Below, one piece after another: positions 37,085 to 46,672 of a DNA stretch of 62,864 nucleotides (within the stretch, counting starts at the first letter, position 1; the number at the start of each line of letters is the position of its first letter). This DNA is from a virus (taxonomy: Duplodnaviria > Caudoviricetes), in the IMG/VR virus record IMGVR_UViG_3300032327_001079, positions 1 to 62,864 of that record; one strand, 5' to 3'. The notes below the pieces were generated by a model. It saw only the letters and a program-made list of their open reading frames with translations, was not told the origin of the DNA and did no database searches. The position numbers and the translations under genes are program-made.

Positions 37085-39820
37085 ATGTATCAATCAATCT
37101 ATTACGACGGGAAACCGAATTACAAATTTCATCTACGTGATGATAAAACAGGTTGGAGTGAATTTAGCTATACTCTACCTCGTTTTCAAATCGATCCTAA
37201 CGGCCAATATTCAACTCTAGATGGTAAACGAGTTAAAGCCGTTACCAAATATGATTGGAATGATAATCATCTATATGAATCAGATATTGATCGTCTTACA
37301 GCAGTATTAATTGATAAATACAAAGATAGTGATGATACTCCGGAATGGCAAAATGTAGTTTACTTTGATATTGAGTGTGAAATTGGAGGCGCTCTTACTA
37401 CAGAGTACATCAAAACAGCACCGATGAAAATTACCTCAATAGCATTATATGATGCTACAGGTAAAAAACATTATTGCCTTATATTAGATGAGAAAAAGCA
37501 ACTACAATCAATTAATGAAGAAAGTAGACAAGTAATACCTTGTGATGATGAATTTCAATTGTTATCATTGTTTCTTGAATTATGGGAAACAGTAGATCCA
37601 ACTATCATCACAGGATGGAATAGTGGATTCTTTGACGTTCCTTATCTATATTATAGATTATGTAATGTATTAGGTAAAGATGAAGCTGCTCGTTTATCTC
37701 CACTTCGTAAATTTAAATTTACTGAATGGGATCAAAGTCAACCAATTGAAATAGCAGGTATAAATCATCTTGATTATCTACTACTATATAAAAAATACAA
37801 TCCTAAAAACGAACCATCCTATAAACTAAATGATATAGGAACTAAATATGTTAATTTAGGTAAAGTAGAGTATGAAGGTAACCTAGATAAATTATTTAGA
37901 GAAGATGTAAATAAGTTTATCGAGTATAATATTCGTGACGTAGAAATTATCATTGAACTAGAAAAGAAGTTTAAATTTATTGAATTAACAGTTGCTATTT
38001 GCCATCTATGCCATGTACCTTATGAACAAATATATCTATCAACTGTATTAAACGATGGAGCTATTCTTACCTACCTTAAACGTAACAATATAGTTTCACC
38101 AAATAAACCTACCACTACTAATCCAGCACTAAAACCAAATGTATTTGAAGTAGAAGATGAAGTAAAAAGTAAATCCGGTACTGGTAAAAAATGGACTGGG
38201 TATATAAAAAATATAAAAGGTAATGGACTAATAGATGTATTTGTATATGAAACACAACATGTAGCTCAATTTTATATATCAAATGTAATAAAAAATGAAG
38301 AATATGCAGGTGGATATTTAAAAGATCCAGTACCTGGATTGTATGAATGGGTTATTGATTTAGACTTTACATCCCTATATCCATCTATTATACGTTCGTT
38401 AAATATAGGTATTGAAACATTTGTAGGTCGTATTGTAAATAAAGATAAATATGATAACAGCTGGACATTAGATGATCTAAAACAAATGGATCCTGAATCT
38501 ATAATTACAATTGAAAAATTAACTCCTAAACAAACTACACAACAAACGAATGTAAAAGTGGGAACATTAATTGCCATAATTGAAGACAATGATTGGCTAA
38601 TATCAGCACCTGGTGTTATGTTTAGGACGGATAAATCATCAGTGGTATGTGAAGTATTAACTGATTGGTTTAATAAGCGTGTTGAATATAAAAACGCAAT
38701 GAAAAAAGCATACAAATCGGGTGATGCTATTAAAGGCGAATTTTATAATAGACGACAACATGCATATAAAATTAAACTAAATGACGTTTACGGTTGCTAT
38801 GCTATTAATAGCTGGCGCTATACTGATGGACATAAAATGATATCTAAAGCCATTACATTATCAGGACAGCGATTAATTCAAGAATCAATTAAATTCTGCA
38901 ATGAATGGATGAATAAACAACTCAATACTGAAGATAAAGATTATGTTGTCACTTCAGACACTGACTCATTATTTATTCAAGTTAAGGATTTAGCACTATT
39001 ACGTCATCCTGAATTAGCTACTGCTAATAAAGAAGAATGGACTAAAGTAATTCTAATAATTACATCCGAAGTACAAAAAGCAGCAAACGAATATATAAAT
39101 ACATTTGCTAGAAAGGCATTTAATATTAAAGATAGAGAACATTACTTAGAATTAAAACAAGAAGTAGTATTAGAACGAGGTTACTTTGCAGGTAAACGTC
39201 GTTACGCAATGTATATTGTAAATAAGGAAGGTGTTACTGTTGATGAATTGGATATGAAAGGATTAGATTTGATGAAATCAAATATGACTCCAATGTATTC
39301 TAAATTTGGAGAGCAACTAATCAAAGATATTATGTTTGGTAAACCTAAACCCGAAATTGATCAACAAATTATTGATTTTAAAAAACATGTTAAAGATATT
39401 CCTATTGAATTACTAGCTAAACCAACAGGAGTAAAAAATGTAGAATCATATATTGAACGTACCCCTAAAGCAAGTGAGATATTTAGTTCATTAAAATTAA
39501 AATGTCCTATTAATGCTAAAGCAGCAATTTATTATAATGACCTACTTAAATTTAAACGAGTACAAAAACAATACCCACTATTTACTGCTGGTGATAAGAT
39601 GAAATATATTCAATTAAAAACTAATCCATATAATATTGATGTAATAGGGTTTACAGGTAATGATCCTGATTTTATCAATAAACTAATTGATGAGTTTGCT
39701 GATAGAGAGGAGGGATTTGAATCATCACTACTAAATAAGCTAAAAGGTATATATGAAGATTTAGGATGGGCGTTTCCATCACTAAATGATAAAGTAAATA
39801 AATTTTTTAAATTTGTATAA
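37085..39820 (+). CDS. polB: Family B DNA polymerase (T4 gp43-like)
   Basis: ExoI FDIE, ExoII GWNS..FD, ExoIII YNIRD; DFTSLYPS, K..LN..YG, SDTDS, KRRY. Confidence 0.95.
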   Translation: MYQSIYYDGKPNYKFHLRDDKTGWSEFSYTLPRFQIDPNGQYSTLDGKRVKAVTKYDWNDNHLYESDIDRLTAVLIDKYKDSDDTPEWQNVVYFDIECEIGGALTTEYIKTAPMKITSIALYDATGKKHYCLILDEKKQLQSINEESRQVIPCDDEFQLLSLFLELWETVDPTIITGWNSGFFDVPYLYYRLCNVLGKDEAARLSPLRKFKFTEWDQSQPIEIAGINHLDYLLLYKKYNPKNEPSYKLNDIGTKYVNLGKVEYEGNLDKLFREDVNKFIEYNIRDVEIIIELEKKFKFIELTVAICHLCHVPYEQIYLSTVLNDGAILTYLKRNNIVSPNKPTTTNPALKPNVFEVEDEVKSKSGTGKKWTGYIKNIKGNGLIDVFVYETQHVAQFYISNVIKNEEYAGGYLKDPVPGLYEWVIDLDFTSLYPSIIRSLNIGIETFVGRIVNKDKYDNSWTLDDLKQMDPESIITIEKLTPKQTTQQTNVKVGTLIAIIEDNDWLISAPGVMFRTDKSSVVCEVLTDWFNKRVEYKNAMKKAYKSGDAIKGEFYNRRQHAYKIKLNDVYGCYAINSWRYTDGHKMISKAITLSGQRLIQESIKFCNEWMNKQLNTEDKDYVVTSDTDSLFIQVKDLALLRHPELATANKEEWTKVILIITSEVQKAANEYINTFARKAFNIKDREHYLELKQEVVLERGYFAGKRRYAMYIVNKEGVTVDELDMKGLDLMKSNMTPMYSKFGEQLIKDIMFGKPKPEIDQQIIDFKKHVKDIPIELLAKPTGVKNVESYIERTPKASEIFSSLKLKCPINAKAAIYYNDLLKFKRVQKQYPLFTAGDKMKYIQLKTNPYNIDVIGFTGNDPDFINKLIDEFADREEGFESSLLNKLKGIYEDLGWAFPSLNDKVNKFFKFV

Positions 39821-40158
39821 TGAATATATTTAAAGGAATACTATATAATGTAATAGCTCAAGTATTTACATTTTTGCAATTACAAGGACAATTAAAATAT
39901 GAGTTTTTAAAAAACCATACATTGCTTATAGCTTTACTAGGAGCCCCCCTTTCATTATTATATATGCTTTCTGTTAGACATCTAACTACAGCCTATAATG
40001 GACAATTATGGCCTAGCAGATTAATTGGATTCGGAACAGGAGTAATAATATTTACAATTATGTCTTATTTTATGTTTAAAGAACCTTTAAGTCTTAAAAC
40101 ACTTACTTGTTTGAGCCTAGGAGTTTGTATAATTTTAATTCAAATATTTTGGAAATAA
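39820..40158 (+). CDS. Small multi-pass membrane protein (SMR/DMT-like)
   Basis: 112 aa, four hydrophobic segments, FKEPLS motif before last helix. Confidence 0.6.
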   Translation: MNIFKGILYNVIAQVFTFLQLQGQLKYEFLKNHTLLIALLGAPLSLLYMLSVRHLTTAYNGQLWPSRLIGFGTGVIIFTIMSYFMFKEPLSLKTLTCLSLGVCIILIQIFWK

Positions 40159-40159
40159 T

Positions 40160-40891
40160 ATGGAAAAACAACTATTAACATCAGTAATCGAAAAGTATTA
40201 CTTAGGTGGAATACACGAAAAGGTAAAGTGGACAATTAAAGACAAGAAAATAACAATCTTATTTACATCTGCAACTAAAGATCTAGCAGGATCGATCGAA
40301 GCAGATGGATTTGATTTAGATGATTGCGTTATAGGAGTATATGATACAAATAAACTACTCAAATTAATTAACATCACTAATCAATTCGTTCAATTGAGTG
40401 TTGAAACTAAAAACGGAACAGCAACTAAACTATCAATTGCTGATAACGAGTATGATTTAGTTTATCATTTAGCTGATTTAAGATTTATATCTACCGAAAC
40501 AATGGTATTAGATGAGTCACAAATTGATTTTAATTACTCATTCACTATTGATTCTGACTTTATAGAACGATATAATAAAGCTAAAAAAGCATTAGGTAGT
40601 GATGAGGTAAGAATACAAGCACTATTCAATGAAGAAGGTGATAAAGGTATTTACTTCACATTAGGAGGTAAAACATCACACGACGATAAAATTAGCTTCC
40701 AATCTACTGATTCTGTATTTAGTATTCCATCTAGTGAATATCAATTTAATGCTAATTATTTACTAGAAATATTCACGGAAAATAAAGGTGCAGACGGAAC
40801 AGGTAAGTTTGATGAGAACGGAATATTAAAATTAGAGTTTATAGATGAAAGAAATATTAAAAGCCTATATTATCTCCCACCTAAAAACTAA
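40160..40891 (+). CDS. Sliding clamp (T4 gp45/PCNA-like)
   Basis: 243 aa, GVYD..KLL, two-domain beta/alpha pattern; located between polB and clamp loader. Confidence 0.7.
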   Translation: MEKQLLTSVIEKYYLGGIHEKVKWTIKDKKITILFTSATKDLAGSIEADGFDLDDCVIGVYDTNKLLKLINITNQFVQLSVETKNGTATKLSIADNEYDLVYHLADLRFISTETMVLDESQIDFNYSFTIDSDFIERYNKAKKALGSDEVRIQALFNEEGDKGIYFTLGGKTSHDDKISFQSTDSVFSIPSSEYQFNANYLLEIFTENKGADGTGKFDENGILKLEFIDERNIKSLYYLPPKN

Positions 40892-40918
40892 TCCGTATAT
40901 ATTTATTACCGAAGATAC

Positions 40919-40930
40919 ATGACAGGTCTT
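40919..40930 (+). repeat. 12-bp inverted repeat, left arm (partner 41574..41585)
   Basis: ATGACAGGTCTT is the reverse complement of AAGACCTGTCAT. Confidence 0.85.
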
Positions 40931-40978
40931 TACCTATTAATTAACCGCATACCTTAGGGGTGCACAAATAAAAACAAA

Positions 40979-41560
40979 ATGAGTAAAACTACAGACGTGT
41001 TCGTAGTAACGAACGGAACAGGTAACTTAACCGGCACAAGCACATTTACAAACGGACTTACCTTATCAGGTAACACATCCATTTTTACCACAGGAGGAGG
41101 ATATACAGCATCTAATACCTTCGCTAATTACCCTACCTATAATGACTTTTGGCAATTTGATGAAGAATTTGATCTTCTTTGGAAATCATTCTTCTCAAAT
41201 GATGGTTATAGACCAATTAAAGAAAAAGTAGCAGGTGTACCTTGCGACATTCAAGAAACAGATAACGGCCTACTTATTGAACTTGCAGCAGTAGGTCTTG
41301 AAAAATCAGATATTGATATTATTGTTGATTCAGAAACGCTTCGTGTTGCTTATCGCAAAAGTGATAAGGAAGAAGAAGCAGAAAACAACGAATATAGATA
41401 TCTATTGCGTTCAATTAAAAAATCAAGTTTTGATATTGCTTGGAAACTTTCAAGTAAATATAATCTTCAAGAGCTAGAAGCTAAATTAGAAAAAGGATTA
41501 TTGACTTTAGATATTCCATTTGCAAAAGAAAATAAACCAACAAAGGTTACGATTAAATAA
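40979..41560 (+). CDS. hsp20: Small heat-shock protein (Hsp20/alpha-crystallin)
   Basis: P.DI.E....IELAAVG..K.DI.I, F...W.L, A.LEKGLLTLDIP. Confidence 0.9.
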   Translation: MSKTTDVFVVTNGTGNLTGTSTFTNGLTLSGNTSIFTTGGGYTASNTFANYPTYNDFWQFDEEFDLLWKSFFSNDGYRPIKEKVAGVPCDIQETDNGLLIELAAVGLEKSDIDIIVDSETLRVAYRKSDKEEEAENNEYRYLLRSIKKSSFDIAWKLSSKYNLQELEAKLEKGLLTLDIPFAKENKPTKVTIK

Positions 41561-41562
41561 GT

Positions 41563-41593
41563 TTTGAAAACCGAAGACCTGTCATTATCTTCA
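41563..41593 (+). promoter_or_regulatory. Bacteroidota-type -33/-7 promoter for groES-groEL; spacer holds the right arm of the inverted repeat
   Basis: TTTG-N19-TATCTTCA. Confidence 0.5.
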
Positions 41594-41611
41594 ATTTAAA
41601 CAAAGTTATAT

Positions 41612-41908
41612 ATGAAAATTAAACCGTTACATAATCACATTGTGATTAAACAGCAAGATGAAACAGAAACAATGTATGGAAACATTGTAGTACCTGATAT
41701 GGGAAAAGAAAAACCACTAATGGGTGAAGTAATAGCAGTAGGACCTGGAGTATATTCTATTACGGGGCAACTATTTTTTGAAACTAAAATTAGAATAGGT
41801 GAAATTGTAGTATTTCCTTCATTCGGTGGAACTAAAATGACCATTGATGGTGAAGAGTATATCGTTATGAAAGAAAATGATTTATTGGCAGTTTTAGAAA
41901 AAGAATAA
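41612..41908 (+). CDS. groES: Co-chaperonin GroES
   Basis: IKPL, G.IVVPD..KEKP..GEVIAVGPG, DGEEY.VMKE.DLLA. Confidence 0.95.
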   Translation: MKIKPLHNHIVIKQQDETETMYGNIVVPDMGKEKPLMGEVIAVGPGVYSITGQLFFETKIRIGEIVVFPSFGGTKMTIDGEEYIVMKENDLLAVLEKE

Positions 41909-41909
41909 T

Positions 41910-43547
41910 ATGAGTAAAATAATTAAGTTTGATCGTGAAGCAAAAGAAAAGCTTCAAGCAGGCATCGACAAGGTAAATAAAGCAGTATCAGTTACGATGG
42001 GTCCTTTTGGACGTAATGTATTGATTGAAAAAGAACACGGGCAAGTAGTATCTACTAAAGATGGAGTTACAGTAGCTAAAACCATTACATTGGAAGACCC
42101 AATTGAAAATATGGCAGCAACTGTAATTAAGCAGGCAGCTCAAAAAACAGTTGATGCTGCTGGTGATGGTACAACTACATCAACGGTATTGGCTCATGCT
42201 ATTGCATCTCAAGCATTAGAGACAACATCGTATGCTTCAACAAATGCTACTCAAGTAAAACGTGGTATTGAAGAAGCAGTAAAACAAGTAGTAGCAGAAT
42301 TGAAAGTACTATCTACAGATATTACAGATGAAAAACAAATTAAACAAATTGCTACTCTCTCAGCTAATGGTGATACTGAAATCGGTGAACTAGTAGCTAC
42401 AGCAATTGATAAAGTAGGAAGAGACGGAGTAGTAACAGTAGAAGAGTCTCGTTCAGGTGAAACCTCACTTGAGGTAGTAGAAGGTCTTCAATTTGATAGG
42501 GGTTATAAGTCACCTTATATGGTTACAGATAACAATACAATGCAGGCTATTCTTAATGATGCTTTAATTTTATTATTTGATGGTAGGATTAGTGCTGTAA
42601 AAGATATACTTCCAATTTTAGAAAGGGTATCACAAGAAAATAAGTCATTGCTTATCATTGCTGAAGATATCGATGGTGAAGCATTATCTACTCTTATTGT
42701 AAATAAGATGAGAGGATCCTTAAAAGTAGTAGCTGTTAAAGCACCTGACTTTGGTGAACGTAGAACACTTATTTTAGAAGACATTGCTACTGTAACTGGC
42801 GGTACTTTAATTTCACCTACTAAAGGTATGAAATTAGATAAATTTAATATAACTTGGTTTGGTAATGCTAGAACGGTTACTGTAGGTAAAGAAACAACCA
42901 CAATCGTTGATGGTAAAGGTGATAATGAAGCAATTGATGCTCGTATTGAAGAACTTAAATTCCAAATTGACCAGGCTAACTCACCATATGAAGTAGAACG
43001 TCTACAAGATCGTCTTGCTAAGATGATTGGTGGTGTAGCTATTATTAATGTAGGTGGTGGTACTGAGATTGAAATGAAAGAAAGGAAAGATCGCATTGAT
43101 GATGCTTTACAAGCAACTAAAGCAGCACTTGAAGAAGGTATTCTACCGGGTGCTGGAGTAGCATTGCTTCATGCTAGAACTGCTATTACTCAAGCTAAAG
43201 TTGATGGTATTGACTTTAATAAAGGTAAACAAATAGTATATAAGGCTTGTATTTCACCATTTAAACAAATACTTGGTAATGCTGGTACAGACCATAATGA
43301 AGTATTAATGAGTCTTAGAATTTCAGCTAATACTATTGTATCCAATACTATCGTTCCAAATATTGCTGAAGAAACATTAGTAGATGCCTTCGAATCAGGT
43401 ATTATTGATCCAACTAAAGTAGTTAGATGTGCTTTAGAAAATGCAGCAGCAGCTGCCGTTACACTCCTAATGACAGAATGTGTTATTTATGATAAACCAA
43501 CTGATAAAAAGAAAGAAGAAGTTGATTTGTCACAATTTGGAATGTAA
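41910..43547 (+). CDS. groEL: Chaperonin GroEL
   Basis: TMGPFGRNV, TKDGVTVA, AGDGTTT, FDRGY.SPY, KAPDFG, GIIDP.KV. Confidence 0.97.
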   Translation: MSKIIKFDREAKEKLQAGIDKVNKAVSVTMGPFGRNVLIEKEHGQVVSTKDGVTVAKTITLEDPIENMAATVIKQAAQKTVDAAGDGTTTSTVLAHAIASQALETTSYASTNATQVKRGIEEAVKQVVAELKVLSTDITDEKQIKQIATLSANGDTEIGELVATAIDKVGRDGVVTVEESRSGETSLEVVEGLQFDRGYKSPYMVTDNNTMQAILNDALILLFDGRISAVKDILPILERVSQENKSLLIIAEDIDGEALSTLIVNKMRGSLKVVAVKAPDFGERRTLILEDIATVTGGTLISPTKGMKLDKFNITWFGNARTVTVGKETTTIVDGKGDNEAIDARIEELKFQIDQANSPYEVERLQDRLAKMIGGVAIINVGGGTEIEMKERKDRIDDALQATKAALEEGILPGAGVALLHARTAITQAKVDGIDFNKGKQIVYKACISPFKQILGNAGTDHNEVLMSLRISANTIVSNTIVPNIAEETLVDAFESGIIDPTKVVRCALENAAAAAVTLLMTECVIYDKPTDKKKEEVDLSQFGM

Positions 43548-43567
43548 TTTAAAATAAAATAATAGTT

Positions 43568-44494
43568 ATGAAGCAACACACTCTCTGGATTGAAAAATAT
43601 AGATCACAAACACTAGAACAATACATCGGCAACGATACGGTTAAAACCCGTATCGCCGATTGTATTACTAAAAACGATATCCCCCATTTCTTATTTGCTG
43701 GTACAGCAGGTACTGGTAAAACAACATTAGCTAAATTAATTGTTAATAACATTAAATGTGATTACCTTTACATTAATGCTAGTGATGAGAATGGAATTGA
43801 TATGATTAGAGAAAAAGTAAAGGGATTTGCCTCTACATCAACATTTCAACCTCTTAAGATTGTTATTTTAGATGAGGCTGATTTCTTAACTCAGCCAGCA
43901 CAAGCAGCGCTTCGTAATTTAATTGAAGAGTATTCAATCACAACGCGCTTTATACTTACTTGTAATTACATTGAACGTTTGATTGAACCTATTCAATCAC
44001 GCTGTGAAACTCATCTATTAACACCTCCATCTAAAGGTAATGTTGCAAAACACATTTGCACTAATATCCTTGATGTTGAAGGAATCCAATATGAAATGAT
44101 AGATGTAGCAACTATAATTAAAGAATACTATCCTGATGTTCGTTCTATTATTAAAGTATTACAACAGAATGTTGAAGTTGGTAAGTTATCTGTAACTACT
44201 TTAGATACTAATTGGATTAAACAACTAATTTTAATATTAAATAAACGCGATAAGAATGCTTGGTACCAAGTTCGCCAACTTGTAGCTGACAGCCAAGTAG
44301 ACGATTTTCAAACCGCTTATCGATATATGTTTGAGCATCTAAATGAATTTAGTTATGGAAATGATGCTAGTATTATAATATTGTTGGATGAATATTCATA
44401 TCGAGCTAATGTGTGTCCTGATAAAGAGTTAAATTTTGCAGCCTTTATAAATTCATTATTAAATATAACAACAAAAAATGTAATTAAAGGTTAA
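43568..44494 (+). CDS. Clamp loader large subunit (T4 gp44/RFC-like AAA+)
   Basis: WIEKYR, GTAGTGKTT, INASDE, ILDEAD, QSRC. Confidence 0.92.
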   Translation: MKQHTLWIEKYRSQTLEQYIGNDTVKTRIADCITKNDIPHFLFAGTAGTGKTTLAKLIVNNIKCDYLYINASDENGIDMIREKVKGFASTSTFQPLKIVILDEADFLTQPAQAALRNLIEEYSITTRFILTCNYIERLIEPIQSRCETHLLTPPSKGNVAKHICTNILDVEGIQYEMIDVATIIKEYYPDVRSIIKVLQQNVEVGKLSVTTLDTNWIKQLILILNKRDKNAWYQVRQLVADSQVDDFQTAYRYMFEHLNEFSYGNDASIIILLDEYSYRANVCPDKELNFAAFINSLLNITTKNVIKG

Positions 44495-44544
44495 ATATCG
44501 GGTGAGAAACTAGTTCTCCATATATTTATTGGAAATAATAAATT

Positions 44545-45330
44545 ATGATAGGAATATATAAAATAGTTTCTCCTTCTGGTAGAACGTATATTGGGCAGAG
44601 TACTAATATAGATAAGCGTAAGATTGATTATAATCAAAATGGTTGTTTAAAAAATCAACCTAAAATTTATAAATCAATAACTAAATATGGTTGGGAAAAT
44701 CACACTCATGAGATTATAGAAGAGTGTAATATTGAACAACTCAATGAACGTGAAACCTATTGGAAACAAGTAGAATTAGATAAAGTTAATAATGATTGGA
44801 GTAAAGTATTATTCTGTGGTTTATATGATACTGGAGGAGGACCAAAATCTAAAGAATGGAAACAAAATATTAGTAACGGACATCCTACTAAAAAATCAAT
44901 AATTCAACTTTCTTTAGAAGGAGCAAAGATAAATGAGTATATTTCAATAAACGAAGCAGCAAGGCAAACAGGTGTTAGAGTAGGAGATATAAGTGCTTGC
45001 TGTAATGGTAAACAAAAAACAGCTTATGGTTTTAAGTGGGTATTTAAAGATGAAAATTTAAGGCCGTTACTAAAACCAAGAAAAGCAAAAGTAATGACTG
45101 TAAAAGGATCTTATAATCTTTCTCAAAAAATGAAAGGAAATAATTATAAAACAGGTAAAGGAAAACCTATTGAACAATATGATTTAAATAATAATTTTAT
45201 TAGAGAGTGGATAGGAGGTGCTACTGAAGTTGAAAAGGAATTAGGATATAATCATAAAGCTATACACGAAAATTTAAAAAATAGATGTAAAACAGCATTC
45301 GGCTATATATTTAAATTTAAAAACAAATAA
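44545..45330 (+). CDS. GIY-YIG homing endonuclease with two NUMOD1 domains
   Basis: GIYKI...YIGQS...R; QLSLEG...SINEAAR...ISACC...TAYGF.W and a second repeat. Confidence 0.9.
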   Translation: MIGIYKIVSPSGRTYIGQSTNIDKRKIDYNQNGCLKNQPKIYKSITKYGWENHTHEIIEECNIEQLNERETYWKQVELDKVNNDWSKVLFCGLYDTGGGPKSKEWKQNISNGHPTKKSIIQLSLEGAKINEYISINEAARQTGVRVGDISACCNGKQKTAYGFKWVFKDENLRPLLKPRKAKVMTVKGSYNLSQKMKGNNYKTGKGKPIEQYDLNNNFIREWIGGATEVEKELGYNHKAIHENLKNRCKTAFGYIFKFKNK

Positions 45331-45333
45331 ACC

Positions 45334-45612
45334 ATGGCACAATACAGAAAAAAACCAGTTGTAATAGAAGCATTTAAGTATGGAATAGATTATAGACCAG
45401 ATTGGTTTAACGATAAAGTCACCACAAATGAGATAATAACTTTTGTTGGCTATAATTTAAAAAACCCAGAAGAATATTATTGTGAAATAAAAACTTTGGA
45501 AGGAGTTATGAGAGGTAATTGTGGAGATTATATTATTAAAGGAGTTAAAGGAGAAATTTATCCATGTAAGCCAGATATTTTTGAAGCAACTTATGAAATT
45601 GTAAACAACTAA
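45334..45612 (+). CDS. Phage protein (YRKKPVVIEA / GDYII family)
   Basis: YRKKPVVIEA, TLEG.M...GDYIIKGV.GE.YPCKPDIF..TY. Confidence 0.75.
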   Translation: MAQYRKKPVVIEAFKYGIDYRPDWFNDKVTTNEIITFVGYNLKNPEEYYCEIKTLEGVMRGNCGDYIIKGVKGEIYPCKPDIFEATYEIVNN

Positions 45613-45627
45613 AAAACAAGTAATATA

Positions 45628-45867
45628 ATGGAACAACAATTAAACATTAGTTTAGATAAAACTACAGGAGTAGTATGTGAAGAATGTGATAACCAAGTAT
45701 TTCGAGAAGGAGTAATGCTTAGAAAAGCATCTCGATTCCTAACAGGTACAGCACAGGATGCTATAGTCCCTATCCAGGTATTCTCTTGCACTAAATGTGG
45801 TCATGTAAATGAAGAATTCCTCCCATTACAATTAAGATCAAATAAAGAAGAAGATAATGTTCTTTAA
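45628..45867 (+). CDS. Zinc-ribbon protein
   Basis: CEEC...CTKCGH. Confidence 0.7.
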   Translation: MEQQLNISLDKTTGVVCEECDNQVFREGVMLRKASRFLTGTAQDAIVPIQVFSCTKCGHVNEEFLPLQLRSNKEEDNVL

Positions 45868-46096
45868 AAAATACAAAATGCAAATAGAACAACTACAACA
45901 AGAAAACGAACAACTTAGAGCACAAATTTCAGGACTTGCTTTTAATCTTAAAACAGCAGATGATAAGATTAAGCAATATGAAATGCAGATAGATAATCTC
46001 TATAAACAAAATATGGGGTTATCTAGTGAGGTAAAACACCTCAATATGCTTGCTATGACTTCTAACTATAATAAAAACGATTCAAGATTATACTAA
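45857..46096 (+). CDS. Coiled-coil hypothetical protein
   Basis: Heptad pattern. Confidence 0.55.
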   Translation: MFFKKYKMQIEQLQQENEQLRAQISGLAFNLKTADDKIKQYEMQIDNLYKQNMGLSSEVKHLNMLAMTSNYNKNDSRLY

Positions 46097-46467
46097 TGAC
46101 AATATTTGATCATATTAAGAATATCACAACTAATAAAGGACCCTACTTAGGCGATGAAGGTTGGAATAACTGGATGATCAATCGTTATCTAAGTATGGAT
46201 CCTGATTATTGTGAAGTAGTAAATATAGTACAAAAGAATACTTGGCAGATGAAAGGTGAGTATCTTTATAATTTATATAAGGATATTATTCCCCAACAAT
46301 ATAAGTATCTTAAATATATTAAAGCTAAGAATAAAAAGGAACACAAAGCAGATCAAGTAGAAGCAGTTGCTATCTATTATGAAATAAGTAAAAGCGAAGC
46401 TAAAGAATATATTGACATGCTTCCTAAAGAAGAATTAGAAAACATAATACTACAAATCAATGGATAA
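46096..46467 (+). CDS. Clamp loader small subunit (T4 gp62-like)
   Basis: FD....I, WMINRYLS, YLKYIK, YYEIS..EAKEY. Confidence 0.75.
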   Translation: MTIFDHIKNITTNKGPYLGDEGWNNWMINRYLSMDPDYCEVVNIVQKNTWQMKGEYLYNLYKDIIPQQYKYLKYIKAKNKKEHKADQVEAVAIYYEISKSEAKEYIDMLPKEELENIILQING

Positions 46468-46672
46468 ATTAGATTCAATTGTTACTTCAATTATAGATCA
46501 ATTTAAAAGTCGTGCTGCCCAAGGTAAAGCAAAATACGGTGTTGATTTAGATCGTACCGATTTATCATTATTAGAGTGGATTGAACACGCTAAACAAGAA
46601 CACATGGACGCCATTTTATATTTAGAAAAAATAAAACAAGAATTTATTGGCGACGAAGAAAAAATATTCTGA
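46460..46672 (+). CDS. Small all-alpha protein, possible MazG-like/dNTP pyrophosphohydrolase-related
   Basis: R...G..KYG..L.R.DL...W..H..QE.MD..LY. Confidence 0.45.
   Translation: MDKLDSIVTSIIDQFKSRAAQGKAKYGVDLDRTDLSLLEWIEHAKQEHMDAILYLEKIKQEFIGDEEKIF

Noticed and set aside
42515-43096. 193-aa minus-strand ORF inside groEL, and other minus-strand ORFs in the track (e.g. 3496..3945, 9002..9406, 38272..38715)
   Set aside because: Antisense shadows of well-supported plus-strand genes, expected from codon bias; no recognisable motifs
44499-44544. Translation-blocking hairpin before the GIY-YIG gene, analogous to 32749..32798
   Set aside because: Only short competing stems (GAGAA/TTCTC, TCCA/TGGA); too weak to claim
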